Notes: generated by a model not told the origin, from the letters alone. Shown: positions 29,705 to 39,862, counted from the stretch's first letter. The stretch: 64,000 bases of DNA from Candidatus Latescibacterota bacterium (GCA_965205485.1 OZ242180.1:1760001-1824000); one strand, 5' to 3'. A program made the numbers and translations.

Positions 29705-30322
29705 TCACCCTACCCAATCTTTTATGTATCCGATATACTCAGGAACAGGCATCATCTCCAGATCTTTGTCCCTGAAACCCTCGGCTTCCCTCTCGTGATG
29801 GAAGTTGGCCACAAACTCGTTGAATTGTTCCCAAATCACGGTACCGCTTGGAACCCCGTTTATGCCAACCTCAACAAACCAGTTGCGTACTTGCCGAACC
29901 AGTTCTTCAGGCTCATCATGGTGGCGTTTTATGTCGGAGTTCGACAGATCAGAAAGGGCTTTTTGGTATTCGTACTGTTCAGTTTCCAGAATCAAACATC
30001 GCTTTTGACTCATTAAGCCGCGAGAGAAGACCCGGCAACCGATGTCGAGACCCAGTTCGAAGGGCATATTCATCCTGTGGATTTCGCCTTCGAATGACGC
30101 TCGCATCCTTGACAGATCATGCACACTGTATTTGGATTCACGTACCAGATCACATATTCGATGGATCCTCGCAACTCCGGAGTCAAAAGTCTCCGATGCA
30201 ATTCTCACCGTGAGGCCGGCACGAACAGCACTGAACAGGAGAGGTCTCAGTAGCGGCGTGTAGTCGTTATCAAAGGGACAATTGATGAAGACGTTGGAAT
30301 GGTAATTCCCCTGGCCGTTCAC
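29705..30322 (-). CDS. TIR/nucleoside-deoxyribosyltransferase-like protein
   Basis: VFINCPFD...ESKYSVHDLS...NMPFELG...SDL pattern. Confidence 0.6.
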   Translation of the reverse strand: MNGQGNYHSNVFINCPFDNDYTPLLRPLLFSAVRAGLTVRIASETFDSGVARIHRICDLVRESKYSVHDLSRMRASFEGEIHRMNMPFELGLDIGCRVFSRGLMSQKRCLILETEQYEYQKALSDLSNSDIKRHHDEPEELVRQVRNWFVEVGINGVPSGTVIWEQFNEFVANFHHEREAEGFRDKDLEMMPVPEYIGYIKDWVG

Positions 30323-30534
30323 TTAGCCTTTATCCACTTTTGTACCGTTCCATCTCGTCTGTGGATGACAACGTCACTGCCATTCGATATTTCGCTGGCG
30401 CCTATTTCGGCAGCAGACTTGGTGTCGTAGATTTTCGACGCTCTGGAGTTCCCTTCCTTCTTGACTACCCAACGATCTCTTCTTGAGATGACATGAACTC
30501 TCCTGCAATTGGATGCTTGTGTTTTTTGCGCCAT
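30319..30534 (-). CDS. DUF2188 protein
   Basis: HVI....WVVKKEG..RASK.Y.TK..A...VVIHRRDG.VQ motif; GTGA overlap with the next gene. Confidence 0.85.
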   Translation of the reverse strand: MAQKTQASNCRRVHVISRRDRWVVKKEGNSRASKIYDTKSAAEIGASEISNGSDVVIHRRDGTVQKWIKAK

Positions 30535-30827
30535 GGCAAGTCCCTTCCCACCCTCGTACGTGGTACCTTGAGGCGATTGTGAATAAAGCACACCGTGCAG
30601 ACAGAACGAAAGGATTGGATCAAACCCCGCCAGTCGCATTCCCGGTGGCACGTGAAATTATACCGACAATTGGAAGCTATGGCAAGAACGAAGACGATTT
30701 CTGTCGCGCTCACCCGTACGCACTATTTCTATACCTGTCAAGGAGCCGTTGGAATCGGGGCTGCCGCGTTTAATCTGCCACAGACAAAGCCTTCAATGAA
30801 CCATATTCGGTGTTGTGGTTTACCTCA

Positions 30828-31169
30828 CTATCGTGCATCCGTATCCAGGACACCGGCGAGCGTATCGGACGCCCATTGATTGATGCTCTTGCCGCTGACT
30901 TCTGCGGCCATGGCAATCGCTGCGTGGACCTGTGGTGGAATCCTCAACATCAGATTTCCGGAATAGGGCTTTTGTGGAGGTCTGTTGAGCTTTTCGCAGG
31001 TTTCAAGATAGTTATCCACCGATTCTGCAAAAGCATCGCGCAGTTCTTCGACCGATTCGCCGTGAAAGCCCACCACGTCATTGATCCCCGCAATATGACC
31101 GACGAAGCAGCCGTCTTCATCGCTATAGTCGAGTCGAGCCGCGTATCCTCTATACGTCATCGTATTCAT
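30828..31169 (-). CDS. hicB: Orphan HicB antitoxin (RHH type)
   Basis: MTYRGY.A...YS.ED..FVG.IAGI.D...FHG.SV.EL...P.KPYSG..MLRIPP.VH...SINQW. Confidence 0.9.
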   Translation of the reverse strand: MNTMTYRGYAARLDYSDEDGCFVGHIAGINDVVGFHGESVEELRDAFAESVDNYLETCEKLNRPPQKPYSGNLMLRIPPQVHAAIAMAAEVSGKSINQWASDTLAGVLDTDAR

Positions 31170-31227
31170 GGGGTTATTTCTACCCGTCTGCAGATCGCTC
31201 ATTGTTGTCTTTCTTTTTGTGACTCCA

Positions 31228-31365
31228 AGAGGCGGGTAGACGGTAGAGGGAAGAGGGTAGAGATGACCCGCCTCTTTGGGTTGCAATTTGCGCCGGAGGC
31301 GTAGAGGAGGATCAGATCGGCAAAGTTCTCTTCTCCCGTCTACCCTCTCCCGTCTCACCGCTTTT
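31228..31365. repeat. Heptad-arm hairpin repeat
   Basis: GCGGGTAGACGGTAGAGGG...CGCCGGAGGC...CTCCCGTCTACCCTCTCCCGTCTCACCGC; related copies at about 7900, 10160 and 38403. Confidence 0.75.
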
Positions 31366-31368
31366 AGG

Positions 31369-32193
31369 CTATCCGTACGCCCCTTTTTCGTGTCGTCCGA
31401 GGAGCCGTTGAAGGCGGGGACTGGCGTCTACCCAGACGTGGTCCGGCATGCGGTAGTCGATGAACGGATAGAGGCGCTGCGCGATGAACCGCTGGCTGTA
31501 GACGACCGATCCGACGTAACGTACCTGGTCGGAGTTGTTGCGCGAACCGCAATGCCAGACCTGGTTGTGGAACATGTAGACGTCGCCCGGATTCGCGACC
31601 AGGGATACCGGCCCCCGGCCTTCAAAGGTCGGATTCTGACGGTCGTTCGGATTCCGGCCCGCAAAGTGGCTTCCGGGAATGACCTGGGTGACGCCGTATT
31701 CGACGGAATCGGCCCTGCTCAGGGGGATCATCACGTTGATCACGAAGCAGGGGATGGGGATATCCGGACTGTGGCGCGGGACGCCATCCGGCAGCGGGAA
31801 GTGAATTCTGTCGTCCAGATGCCAGCCGCCGCCCTGGCCGGGTTCGTAACGCAGCGCGTTCTGGGACATCATATGGCAGTCCGCGCCCAGGATGGCCTCC
31901 GCCAGGCTGACGATGGGCTCCCGTTCGATCAGGTCTCTGAAGTTGCGGTCGTACTCGTACATGCGCATCATGCTGATGCCGCGGATGTGGTCGCCGGCTT
32001 CGTCCGCCTGAATGCGAGGGTCGTTCCACTTGCGTTCCATGCCGTCCCTGAGCGCGTCGACCTCCTCGACATTGAGCACGTTTTCCATGAAATAATAGCC
32101 GTCGCGGCTGAACTGGTCCACGATCTTCCGCGTGGTTTCTTCGTCGAAGGCCTGGGCGTCTTTCGCGATGACACTATCGTTGTATGGTTTCAT
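31369..32193 (-). CDS. PhyH-family dioxygenase
   Basis: FSRDGY, WHLD, IPGSH, PGDVY.F...VWH and R motifs. Confidence 0.9.
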   Translation of the reverse strand: MKPYNDSVIAKDAQAFDEETTRKIVDQFSRDGYYFMENVLNVEEVDALRDGMERKWNDPRIQADEAGDHIRGISMMRMYEYDRNFRDLIEREPIVSLAEAILGADCHMMSQNALRYEPGQGGGWHLDDRIHFPLPDGVPRHSPDIPIPCFVINVMIPLSRADSVEYGVTQVIPGSHFAGRNPNDRQNPTFEGRGPVSLVANPGDVYMFHNQVWHCGSRNNSDQVRYVGSVVYSQRFIAQRLYPFIDYRMPDHVWVDASPRLQRLLGRHEKGAYG

Positions 32194-32303
32194 CAAACCC
32201 TCCTCAACCTCAACGGATCGGCGGACTGCGGAACCTGCGGAATATAGGAATCGACCCGGGCGGACACAATGAAATTGAAGGCGGGCGCACAGACCCTTTT
32301 TCT

Positions 32304-32332
32304 TTGACATCCGCGGGAAACTGTGCCATCAT
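32304..32332 (+). promoter_or_regulatory. Putative sigma70 promoter
   Basis: TTGACA-17-CATCAT upstream of the plus-strand cluster. Confidence 0.45.
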
Positions 32333-32429
32333 GGCAGCATTGCCAGGCACATCGCCGCCGCAATGCGGAACGAGAGGCCGTACGCGTCTATCCACAACAC
32401 CTGGATCCACAGTCGATATGGAGGAATGC

Positions 32430-33479
32430 ATGGCCGTAAGCACTCAGGATTTGCAGGCGGTTATCGACGGTTTTCCAAGAACGGGACTGGCGGAACTGCC
32501 CACGCCCCTGCACGATTGTCCACGTTTCTCGGAAGCGCTGGGTGGGAAGGTGAGGGTACTGGTAAAGCGGGACGATCTGACCGGTCTCGCGTTTGGTGGA
32601 AACAAGACGCGCAAGTTCGATCTTGCCCTGGGCGACGCGCTGGCGGACGGGGCCACGGCGTTGATCACCGGGGCGGCGTCGCAGTCCAACCACGCGCGGC
32701 AGGCGGCTGCTGCCGCGGCGAAGCTGGGCATGAAATGCGTGCTGGTGAACCGCCACGACCATCGAAGTCTGATGGGTATTCAGGGAAATCAGCTTCTGGA
32801 CAATATCTTTGGCGCTGACGTGAGGCTGGTTGCGGAAGGGGTCAGCCAGGAAGAGGTGAAGAACCGGGCGGCGGAGGAACTGAGGGCGCAGGGAGAGAAA
32901 CCCTATGTCATCGGGCGGCGGGCCGTGGTATTGGGTACGGTGGCGTACGTCGGCTGTCTGCTGGAGATCGTAAAGCAACTCGAGGCGATGGACACGCGAA
33001 CGGATTTCATCTGTACGGCATCCGGTCACGGTACGCACGCGGGTCTGGCATTGGGCGTCAAGGCGCTCGGGCTGCCGGTTCGCACGCAGGGATTCTCGCC
33101 GAGCAGGGGAGACAACGCGCGGCGAAACGCGCATATTGCGGAAGTCGCCAACGAAACCGCAGCGCTGATGGAACTGGATATTCAGATGTCGGCCGGTGAA
33201 ATGGAGAATACGGACGCCTACGTGGGCGAGAACTACGGGATTGTCACCGAAGCCGGGCTGGACGCATTGCACCTGCTGGCGAGGACGGAGGGCATCCTGC
33301 TGGATCCGGTATACACGGGAAAGGCGATGTCCGGGGTGATCGACCGGATCCGGACGGGAGAGATTTCTTCAGGATCGACGGTCGTATACGTACACACGGG
33401 GGGAAACCCCGCGCTGTTCGCGTACGCGCCCGAGCTTATCGCACACGGCGACTATCGCCAGAACATCATAACCGCGTGA
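32430..33479 (+). CDS. D-cysteine desulfhydrase / ACC deaminase family PLP enzyme
   Basis: KRDDLTGLAFGGNKTRK, QSNHAR, EGILLDPVYTGKA and HTGG motifs. Confidence 0.9.
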   Translation: MAVSTQDLQAVIDGFPRTGLAELPTPLHDCPRFSEALGGKVRVLVKRDDLTGLAFGGNKTRKFDLALGDALADGATALITGAASQSNHARQAAAAAAKLGMKCVLVNRHDHRSLMGIQGNQLLDNIFGADVRLVAEGVSQEEVKNRAAEELRAQGEKPYVIGRRAVVLGTVAYVGCLLEIVKQLEAMDTRTDFICTASGHGTHAGLALGVKALGLPVRTQGFSPSRGDNARRNAHIAEVANETAALMELDIQMSAGEMENTDAYVGENYGIVTEAGLDALHLLARTEGILLDPVYTGKAMSGVIDRIRTGEISSGSTVVYVHTGGNPALFAYAPELIAHGDYRQNIITA

Positions 33480-33528
33480 GGCAGAAGGCAAATCTATAAG
33501 GGCGCTATTGCGCCTGAGGAGGATTGAG

Positions 33529-34314
33529 ATGACGGACGACGAAAAATATCTCTTCGATCTGAACGGGTACCTGGTACTCAAAGATGTTCTGACGCCGGAG
33601 GAAGTCGACCGCTGCAACGAGGCGATCGATCGCCATGACGATCAGCTCAGGGAGAGGGAGGGGTCGCTCACGATCGGCGCGCCGGCGCTTGGGGGCACGT
33701 CGAACAGGAAGGACCTGGGCGGAATGCTGGCTTGGGAGCGGCCGTGGTGCGAACCCTTCAGGGCGATGCTCGTGCATCCCCGTGTGATGCCCTATCTGCA
33801 CGTGATCCTGGGCAAGGGATATCGGCTGGATCACGGGCCGGGTCTGATCGCCATGGACAAGGGCTGCGAAGGGGGCACGCTGCACGGGGGCGGCGTGGAA
33901 CGTCCGGACCTTTCAGAAGCGTATTTTTTCAAGAGCGGACGCATCTACTGCGGGCTGACCGTCGTGGAATATCTGCTGGCGGACGAGGGGCCGGGCGACG
34001 GGGGCGTGGCCGTGTTGCCGGGAAGCCACAAGGCGAATCTGGCGTGCCCCAGGGAGATGACGCGGGGTGAGAAATACCAGGAACACGTGGTGGAGGTCAG
34101 CGCGCGCGCCGGAGACGTGGTGATTTTTACCGAGACGCTGACCCACGGGACGTTGCCGTGGACGGCCGACCATCAGCGGCGGGCGCTGCTGTACAAGTTC
34201 AGCCCGGGATTTCAGTCCTACGGGGTGGGCGCGCATTCAGTGACGTATCCTGACTACATCATGGACATGACGGAGGCGGAACGGGCGGTGATGGAACATC
34301 CGCATTACCGTTAG
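33529..34314 (+). CDS. PhyH-family Fe/2OG enzyme with HxG motif
   Basis: YLFDLNGY, LHGGG, PGSHKA, LTHGT and RR motifs. Confidence 0.85.
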   Translation: MTDDEKYLFDLNGYLVLKDVLTPEEVDRCNEAIDRHDDQLREREGSLTIGAPALGGTSNRKDLGGMLAWERPWCEPFRAMLVHPRVMPYLHVILGKGYRLDHGPGLIAMDKGCEGGTLHGGGVERPDLSEAYFFKSGRIYCGLTVVEYLLADEGPGDGGVAVLPGSHKANLACPREMTRGEKYQEHVVEVSARAGDVVIFTETLTHGTLPWTADHQRRALLYKFSPGFQSYGVGAHSVTYPDYIMDMTEAERAVMEHPHYR

Positions 34315-34358
34315 CATTGATTGGGTTGCGGCAAAACACAGCGTTGCAGGGAGACGGA

Positions 34359-34925
34359 ATGCCGACGTTCGGAGCAGCGGCGGTTGTCATTTCTGAAGGG
34401 AACGTGCTGCTGATCAAGAGGCGGGACTGCGAGGTCTGGGCATTGCCGGGCGGGAACGTCGAGGCAGGAGAGACCGTCGCGGAAACGGCCATTCGGGAGG
34501 TCGAGGAAGAAACGGGGATTGAAATCGAGCTGACGCGGCTTGTGGGGATCTACGCAAGTCCGCGGTGGCTTTCAGGCGGCAACCACAGCGTCGTCTTTGC
34601 GGCCCGACCTCTCAGCCAGGAAATCACGCCGCAACCGGAGGAGGTTATCGAATCCGGTTATTTTTGTGCCCTTCAGTTGCCGGAACCCTTTGTCTGGTGG
34701 CACCGCCGGTGGATCGGCGATACACTGAACGGCGCCTGTGGAACGGTCTGTCTGCAGGACCGGATCTGGCCGTGGGAAGCCGGCGTGAACCGGAGTGACC
34801 TGCGCCGGGTATTTCAGGAATCCGGAATGTCTCCGCAGGCGTTCTTTCAGAAATACCTGACTCGGACAGGCGCCGAACGAGAACGCGTTCTGGTTGAGCC
34901 TGGAGGCGGAGTACCAGGGGTATGA
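34359..34925 (+). CDS. NUDIX hydrolase
   Basis: WALPGGNVEAGETVAETAIREVEEETG. Confidence 0.9.
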   Translation: MPTFGAAAVVISEGNVLLIKRRDCEVWALPGGNVEAGETVAETAIREVEEETGIEIELTRLVGIYASPRWLSGGNHSVVFAARPLSQEITPQPEEVIESGYFCALQLPEPFVWWHRRWIGDTLNGACGTVCLQDRIWPWEAGVNRSDLRRVFQESGMSPQAFFQKYLTRTGAERERVLVEPGGGVPGV

Positions 34926-36130
34926 CTTATGACCTGGTGTTGAAAGGCGCCACCGTGATTGACGGCGCCCAGGGATTGAACGGGGCGTACGACGTCGCGG
35001 TGCAGGGTGAAAAGATCGCCGCCGTGGAGAAGGAAATCGCGGAGCCCGCCAAAGAAACGGTGGATCTGGAAGGGAGGATTCTGACGCCGGGCTGGGTCGA
35101 TATCCACACCCACATCTACGCGGGATCGACCACCTGGGGCATCCGGGGAGATGCGCTGTGCCTGGCGACCGGCGTGACAACGGTCGTGGACGCGGGCAGC
35201 CCGGGCTGGGCGAATTTCATGGGGTTCCACGATTACGTCGCGGCCCCGGCGCGGACGCAGGTCCTTACATTCGTACACATCAGCGGAATCGGGTTGACCT
35301 GCGGACCCGTGGGTGAGATGCTGGACCTGAGGTATGCGGATCCGGAACGTACGGCGTACATCATCGGTCGATGGCCGGAACTCTGCGTGGGCGTGAAGGT
35401 TCGCGAGGGAAGCCATCAGGTGGGGGACAACGGGGTGGCGCCGCTGAAACTTGCGGTAAAGGCCGCGGAGCTTTCGGATTCGAGGGTGATGGTACACGCC
35501 GGAGCCGGCGTTCCTCTGCCGGACGTCCTGAGCGAGGTTCGCCCGGGCGATATCGTCACCCACTGTTACCATGGCGGCGGCGATACGATCCTCGGCGTAG
35601 CGGGACGGGTTATTCCGGAGGTTTGGGCGGCGAGGGAACGGGGGGTCCTGTTCGACCTCGGACACGGTGGCGGAAGTTTCCTGTTCGAAGTTGCCAAAAA
35701 GGCGCTGGCGCAGGGTTTTCCTTCAGACGTGATCAGCACGGACCTGCACGTGCTTTGTCTAAACGATCCGGTTTACAGTCTGCCCGAAACGGCCTCCAAG
35801 ATGCTGAACCTCGGAATGGAGTTGCCGGAGGTCGTCTACCAGACAACGGCCGCGCCGGCCGCGGCGATCGGACGGGACGATGAACTGGGTACGTTGAAGG
35901 TCGGGACCGTTGCGGATCTGGCGGCGTTCGAGGTGCGGGACGGCGCGTTCGAGTTCAGGGATGTCCGTGACAACCTGGACGTGGGTTCGCGGATGATTAC
36001 GCCGGTGTTGACCGTTCGCAAGGGAAGAGTCTACCGGCCGGATGACCTGAATGACGAGATCGCGGAGACGTTTCAACGGGCGCGAGAGATGAAAGCGCTG
36101 GTGAGGGGTAGTGTTCTGTCCCGGAAATAA
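34922..36130 (+). CDS. Amidohydrolase/deacetylase (dihydroorotase-like) metallohydrolase
   Basis: PGWVDIHTH, GVTTVVDAGS, MVH, THCYH, DLGHGGGSF and ISTDLH motifs. Confidence 0.88.
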   Translation: MTYDLVLKGATVIDGAQGLNGAYDVAVQGEKIAAVEKEIAEPAKETVDLEGRILTPGWVDIHTHIYAGSTTWGIRGDALCLATGVTTVVDAGSPGWANFMGFHDYVAAPARTQVLTFVHISGIGLTCGPVGEMLDLRYADPERTAYIIGRWPELCVGVKVREGSHQVGDNGVAPLKLAVKAAELSDSRVMVHAGAGVPLPDVLSEVRPGDIVTHCYHGGGDTILGVAGRVIPEVWAARERGVLFDLGHGGGSFLFEVAKKALAQGFPSDVISTDLHVLCLNDPVYSLPETASKMLNLGMELPEVVYQTTAAPAAAIGRDDELGTLKVGTVADLAAFEVRDGAFEFRDVRDNLDVGSRMITPVLTVRKGRVYRPDDLNDEIAETFQRAREMKALVRGSVLSRK

Positions 36131-36288
36131 GTTGCCAAAATTCGACCGTCGAGTCGCCTGGCTCGCAAGGCGCCACCGACCTGCGTAAGGTCGGCGAGCG
36201 AGGGCACTTCGACAAGCTCAGCACAGGAAACGTAGCGAGACAGGATGAATCGGCGGTCGAATGGTGAGGAATTTTTGGGACAGGACAG
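36111..36288. mobile_element. MITE family 1, copy 2 (opposite orientation)
   Basis: GTGTTCTGTCCCGGAAATA...ATTTTTGGGACAGGACAG, with TA on both sides. Confidence 0.8.
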
Positions 36289-36365
36289 TAGGTTCGACAG
36301 GACGTTTCCGAAGTAGATCGAACGCTCCGCGCACCGCATTTGAAGATACAGGAAGGAAGCATCTC

Positions 36366-37949
36366 ATGTTGTTGACAGGTGCCGAAGTGCTGGTCGAGGG
36401 TCTGATTGCGGCCGGGGTAAGGCACCTGTTTTCGCTTTCGGGCAATCAGATCCTTTCGGTCTACGATGCGACCATCGGGCGGGACATCGAACTGATTCAC
36501 ACCCGCCACGAAGCCGCGGCCGTCCATATGGCGGACGGCTGGGGGAGGTTGACGGAGGAGCCCGGTGTCGCGCTGCTGACGGCGGGGCCCGGACACTGCA
36601 ACGGGCTGACGGCGCTCTACGTGGCGCTGATGGCGGAGTCGCCGCTGTTGATGCTGAGCGGTCACTGTCCGGAGGCGCAGATCGGAAAAGGCGCGTTCCA
36701 GGAGATCGACCAGGCGGCCGCGGCGCGGCCCGTGGCGAAGGCGTCCTGGCGGATAGAGAGAAGCGAAGATCTGGAAGGCGACCTGTCCAGGGCGCTGGAT
36801 CAGGCGGTGTCCGGCCGGCCCGGCCCGGTGCATTTAAGCCTGCCCTCGGACGTGCTGGAGGCATCCGCGCGGCAGGTTCCGGGGACCGGTTCGAGACGTG
36901 CGGCGGAGGCGGCGGAAGAAGACCTGGACGCCGTGCTGGCGCTGCTGAACAAGGCGGGCCGGCCGCTGATCCTGGCCGGACCCGCGATGGGGCGGGGGCA
37001 GCGCTGGCTGGCCGTGGAAGCGCTGGCTGCGGCAACGGGGATTCCCGCGCTGCCGATGGAAAGCCCGCGCGGCGTGAACGATCCGGCGCTGCGCCGGGCG
37101 GTCACGTGTCTGGCGAGTGCCGACGTGGTGCTTCTGCTTGGCAAGAAGCTCGATTTTTCGCTGCGCTTCGGTCAGCCCCCGTTTTTTTCGGAACAGCGAA
37201 GGTTCATTCAGATCGACGCGGACCTGTGCGAATTGAGGGACGGTGCGGCGTTGCGGCTGCGCGCGGACCCGTGGGAAGCGGCGCGGCGGCTTGTGGAAAT
37301 GGCGCGCGAGCGATCCTGGAATTCCGGGTCGTGGCGGCCGGACGTGGACAGTCTGCGTGTCGCCACGCCGGCTGACTGGGACGGCCTGTTGCGCCCGGCC
37401 GCGAGCCCCGTGCATCCGTTGGGCGTGTGCGATGCGGTGCAGCCGTTCCTGGACGACGGGGCGATTTTCGTGAGCGACGGCGGGGAGTTCGGGCAGTGGG
37501 CACAGGCGGGCCTTGCGGCGGAGATCAGGTTGATCAACGGACCCTCCGGCGCAATCGGGAGCGCGCTGCCGATGGGGCTGGCGGCAAAGCTGGCCTATCC
37601 GGACAGGGCCGTGTTCGTAATGCTGGGAGACGGGACGTTCGGTTACCATGCGATGGAACTGGATACGGCGCTGCGCTATGGGCTGCCGGTGGTCGCAATC
37701 GTTGGAAACGACGCTCGGTGGAATGCCGAGCATCAACTGCAGGTCGAAACCTATGGGCCCGATCGTACCATCGGGTGCGATCTGCTGGATACAAGATACG
37801 ATCGGGTGACGGAGGCCCTGGGAGGATACGGGGCCTTCGTGGACCGCGCGGAAGACCTCCCTGCTGCGCTGAACGAAGCGGTGGCGTCCGGCCTTCCCGC
37901 GTGTGTGAACGTGGCAATTGAACCTGCCGCCGCGCCGGTTTTTCGGTGA
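36366..37949 (+). CDS. Thiamine-diphosphate-dependent enzyme (IlvB / 2-hydroxyacyl-CoA lyase-like)
   Basis: TRHEAAAVHMADG, TAGPG and GDGTFG...GND ThDP motif. Confidence 0.88.
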   Translation: MLLTGAEVLVEGLIAAGVRHLFSLSGNQILSVYDATIGRDIELIHTRHEAAAVHMADGWGRLTEEPGVALLTAGPGHCNGLTALYVALMAESPLLMLSGHCPEAQIGKGAFQEIDQAAAARPVAKASWRIERSEDLEGDLSRALDQAVSGRPGPVHLSLPSDVLEASARQVPGTGSRRAAEAAEEDLDAVLALLNKAGRPLILAGPAMGRGQRWLAVEALAAATGIPALPMESPRGVNDPALRRAVTCLASADVVLLLGKKLDFSLRFGQPPFFSEQRRFIQIDADLCELRDGAALRLRADPWEAARRLVEMARERSWNSGSWRPDVDSLRVATPADWDGLLRPAASPVHPLGVCDAVQPFLDDGAIFVSDGGEFGQWAQAGLAAEIRLINGPSGAIGSALPMGLAAKLAYPDRAVFVMLGDGTFGYHAMELDTALRYGLPVVAIVGNDARWNAEHQLQVETYGPDRTIGCDLLDTRYDRVTEALGGYGAFVDRAEDLPAALNEAVASGLPACVNVAIEPAAAPVFR

Positions 37950-38530
37950 AAGGCAGCCATCAGCTCTCAGCCGTCAGCGGTCAGCTAAAGGCGAACGGCA
38001 AGGTCAAAAGCAAACCATCCGCCCGGCCCCGCAAACCTCTCTCCCCGGCCCTCTCTCCTAAAGGAAAGAGGGTGCAAGGCCGGCGGTTGCCCTATCAATG
38101 CATTTCACAACTGGCGACCGGGGGCATGGGGGGTTTTTCCGTGCTGTTCCGTCCAGCGCATCCGCACTGGCATTGCTGAAGTGTTTGTAGGCCACACAAA
38201 TCCCGTTCATTCCTCAGGAGTGATTCACGGAAAAACCGGCCCCCTGCCGAAGGGCGCGCTTCTTTTTGGTCCTTTCATACGCGCATAAGAAAAAGGACGT
38301 AAAAGAAAGAAAACAAAGGATTTATGAGAAAAACAGGTATGCAAATGACAAACCTGTAGTTCGCCTGTCAATACGAAATCATGCCTACGGCGTGTTCCTA
38401 AAAAGCAGGGAGACGGAAGACGGGAGAGATCGGATGCCGTAAAGGGTTTCTTTTCATGCCGGAGGCAATACAGGATCAAATTCCGGGCAAGGATTTCTTC
38501 TACCGTCTACCGTCTCCCCTCTCACCGACT
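37950..38530. repeat. Composite dispersed repeat, copy B (no IS)
   Basis: Homologous to 7473-8290 + 10037-10290; single GCGC at 38281-38284. Confidence 0.8.
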
Positions 38531-38608
38531 CTCGAACAAGGGCAAGGGAATAGGGGACGTTAGGGCGGGGGTGGGATTTCAACCTCGCAAATGCAGTTGG
38601 AGGGAGAT

Positions 38609-39831
38609 GTGCGCGCGGAAATTGTGATGATCGGAACCGAGCTTCTGCTGGGGGAAATCGTGGACACCAACGCGAATCTGCTGGCGGTTGCGCTCCGGGA
38701 CATCGGGATTGACCTCTATTACAAGACCACCGTGGGAGACAACGAGGACCGCATAACGGAGGTACTCGATCTCGCGCTGGATCGTTCCGATGCGGTAATC
38801 ACGTCAGGAGGCATCGGGCCGACCGTGGACGACGTGACCCGGCAGGCAATTGCGCGTGAACCGGTCGAAAGTTGATCTACAGCGAGGGGCTGGAACGACA
38901 GATTGCGGCGCGTTTCCGAAACTTCGGGCGCAAGATGGCCGCAAACAACAAACGCCAGGCGTACCTGCCTGAAGGCGCGCTGCCGCTTGAGAACCCCGTC
39001 GGGACCGCGCCATGTTTTCTCAGCGAAGATTCAGGGGGTCGGGGGTTCATTGTCTGCCTGCCCGGCGTGCCCCGGGAATTGGCGCACATGACGGAGCATA
39101 CCGTCGTGCCGCTGCTCGTCGAGAGGATGGGCGGCGTGAAGGTCATCCGGGTGCGGGTACTTCGGACGTGCGCGGTGGGCGAAAGCAATATCGATCGGGG
39201 CATCGGAGACCTGATGACTTCGTCGAATCCGACGGTTGGCCTGGCCGCTCACGCGGGCCAGACGGACGTTCGCATAGCAGCCAGGGCCGGTTCGGAGGCG
39301 GACGCCGAAGCGATGATTGCCGGCATGGAGTCCGAACTCCGGAGCCGGCTGGGCGTGGCGGTCTACGGTGTAGACAAAGAGACCGTGGCCGAGGTCGTAG
39401 GCGGGTTGCTGTCAAAACGGGATTTGAAGCTGGGCGTGGTGGATACCCTGACCGGGGGACAACTGTCGCGGGAATTGAACGAAGCGGGATTCGAGAGCGT
39501 CATCGCCTCGGATTTGTACGGGAGCCACGCCGATCAGGCGGTAGTTGATGCACGCGACGGATTGCAGCAAGACGGCGATGAGCGGACGCTGGCGGGAATT
39601 CTTGCGGAGCAGGTTGCGCCTGAAGGCGGCGTGGGGCTGGCAATGATCGGTCCTTTGGCGGGTAGATCGACGGCCATTGCGGTCCGTGGGCCGGGCGACC
39701 TGAAGACGAACGAAGTGGGGCGACGCTTCGAAGACTCGGACCTGGTTCGACGGTGGACGGTGATGCTGGGACTGGACCGCGTCAGAAGGGCGGTGCTGGG
39801 TGTGCTGGAATCACCGGTGGATTGGAACTAA
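38609..39831 (+). CDS. cinA: CinA-family protein (molybdopterin-binding-like domain; divergent C-terminus), apparent frameshift
   Basis: IGTELLLGEIVDTN, VGDN, SGGIGPTVDDVTR, NPVGTAP and LPGVPRE motifs; 1-base shift at about 38858. Confidence 0.8.
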
Positions 39832-39862
39832 CCGGCAAGTCATCGTGACAGGAGGATGACCC

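Noticed and set aside
15500..31400. Complete integron or prophage
   Set aside because: No tyrosine recombinase or phage structural genes; only one convincing attC-like site
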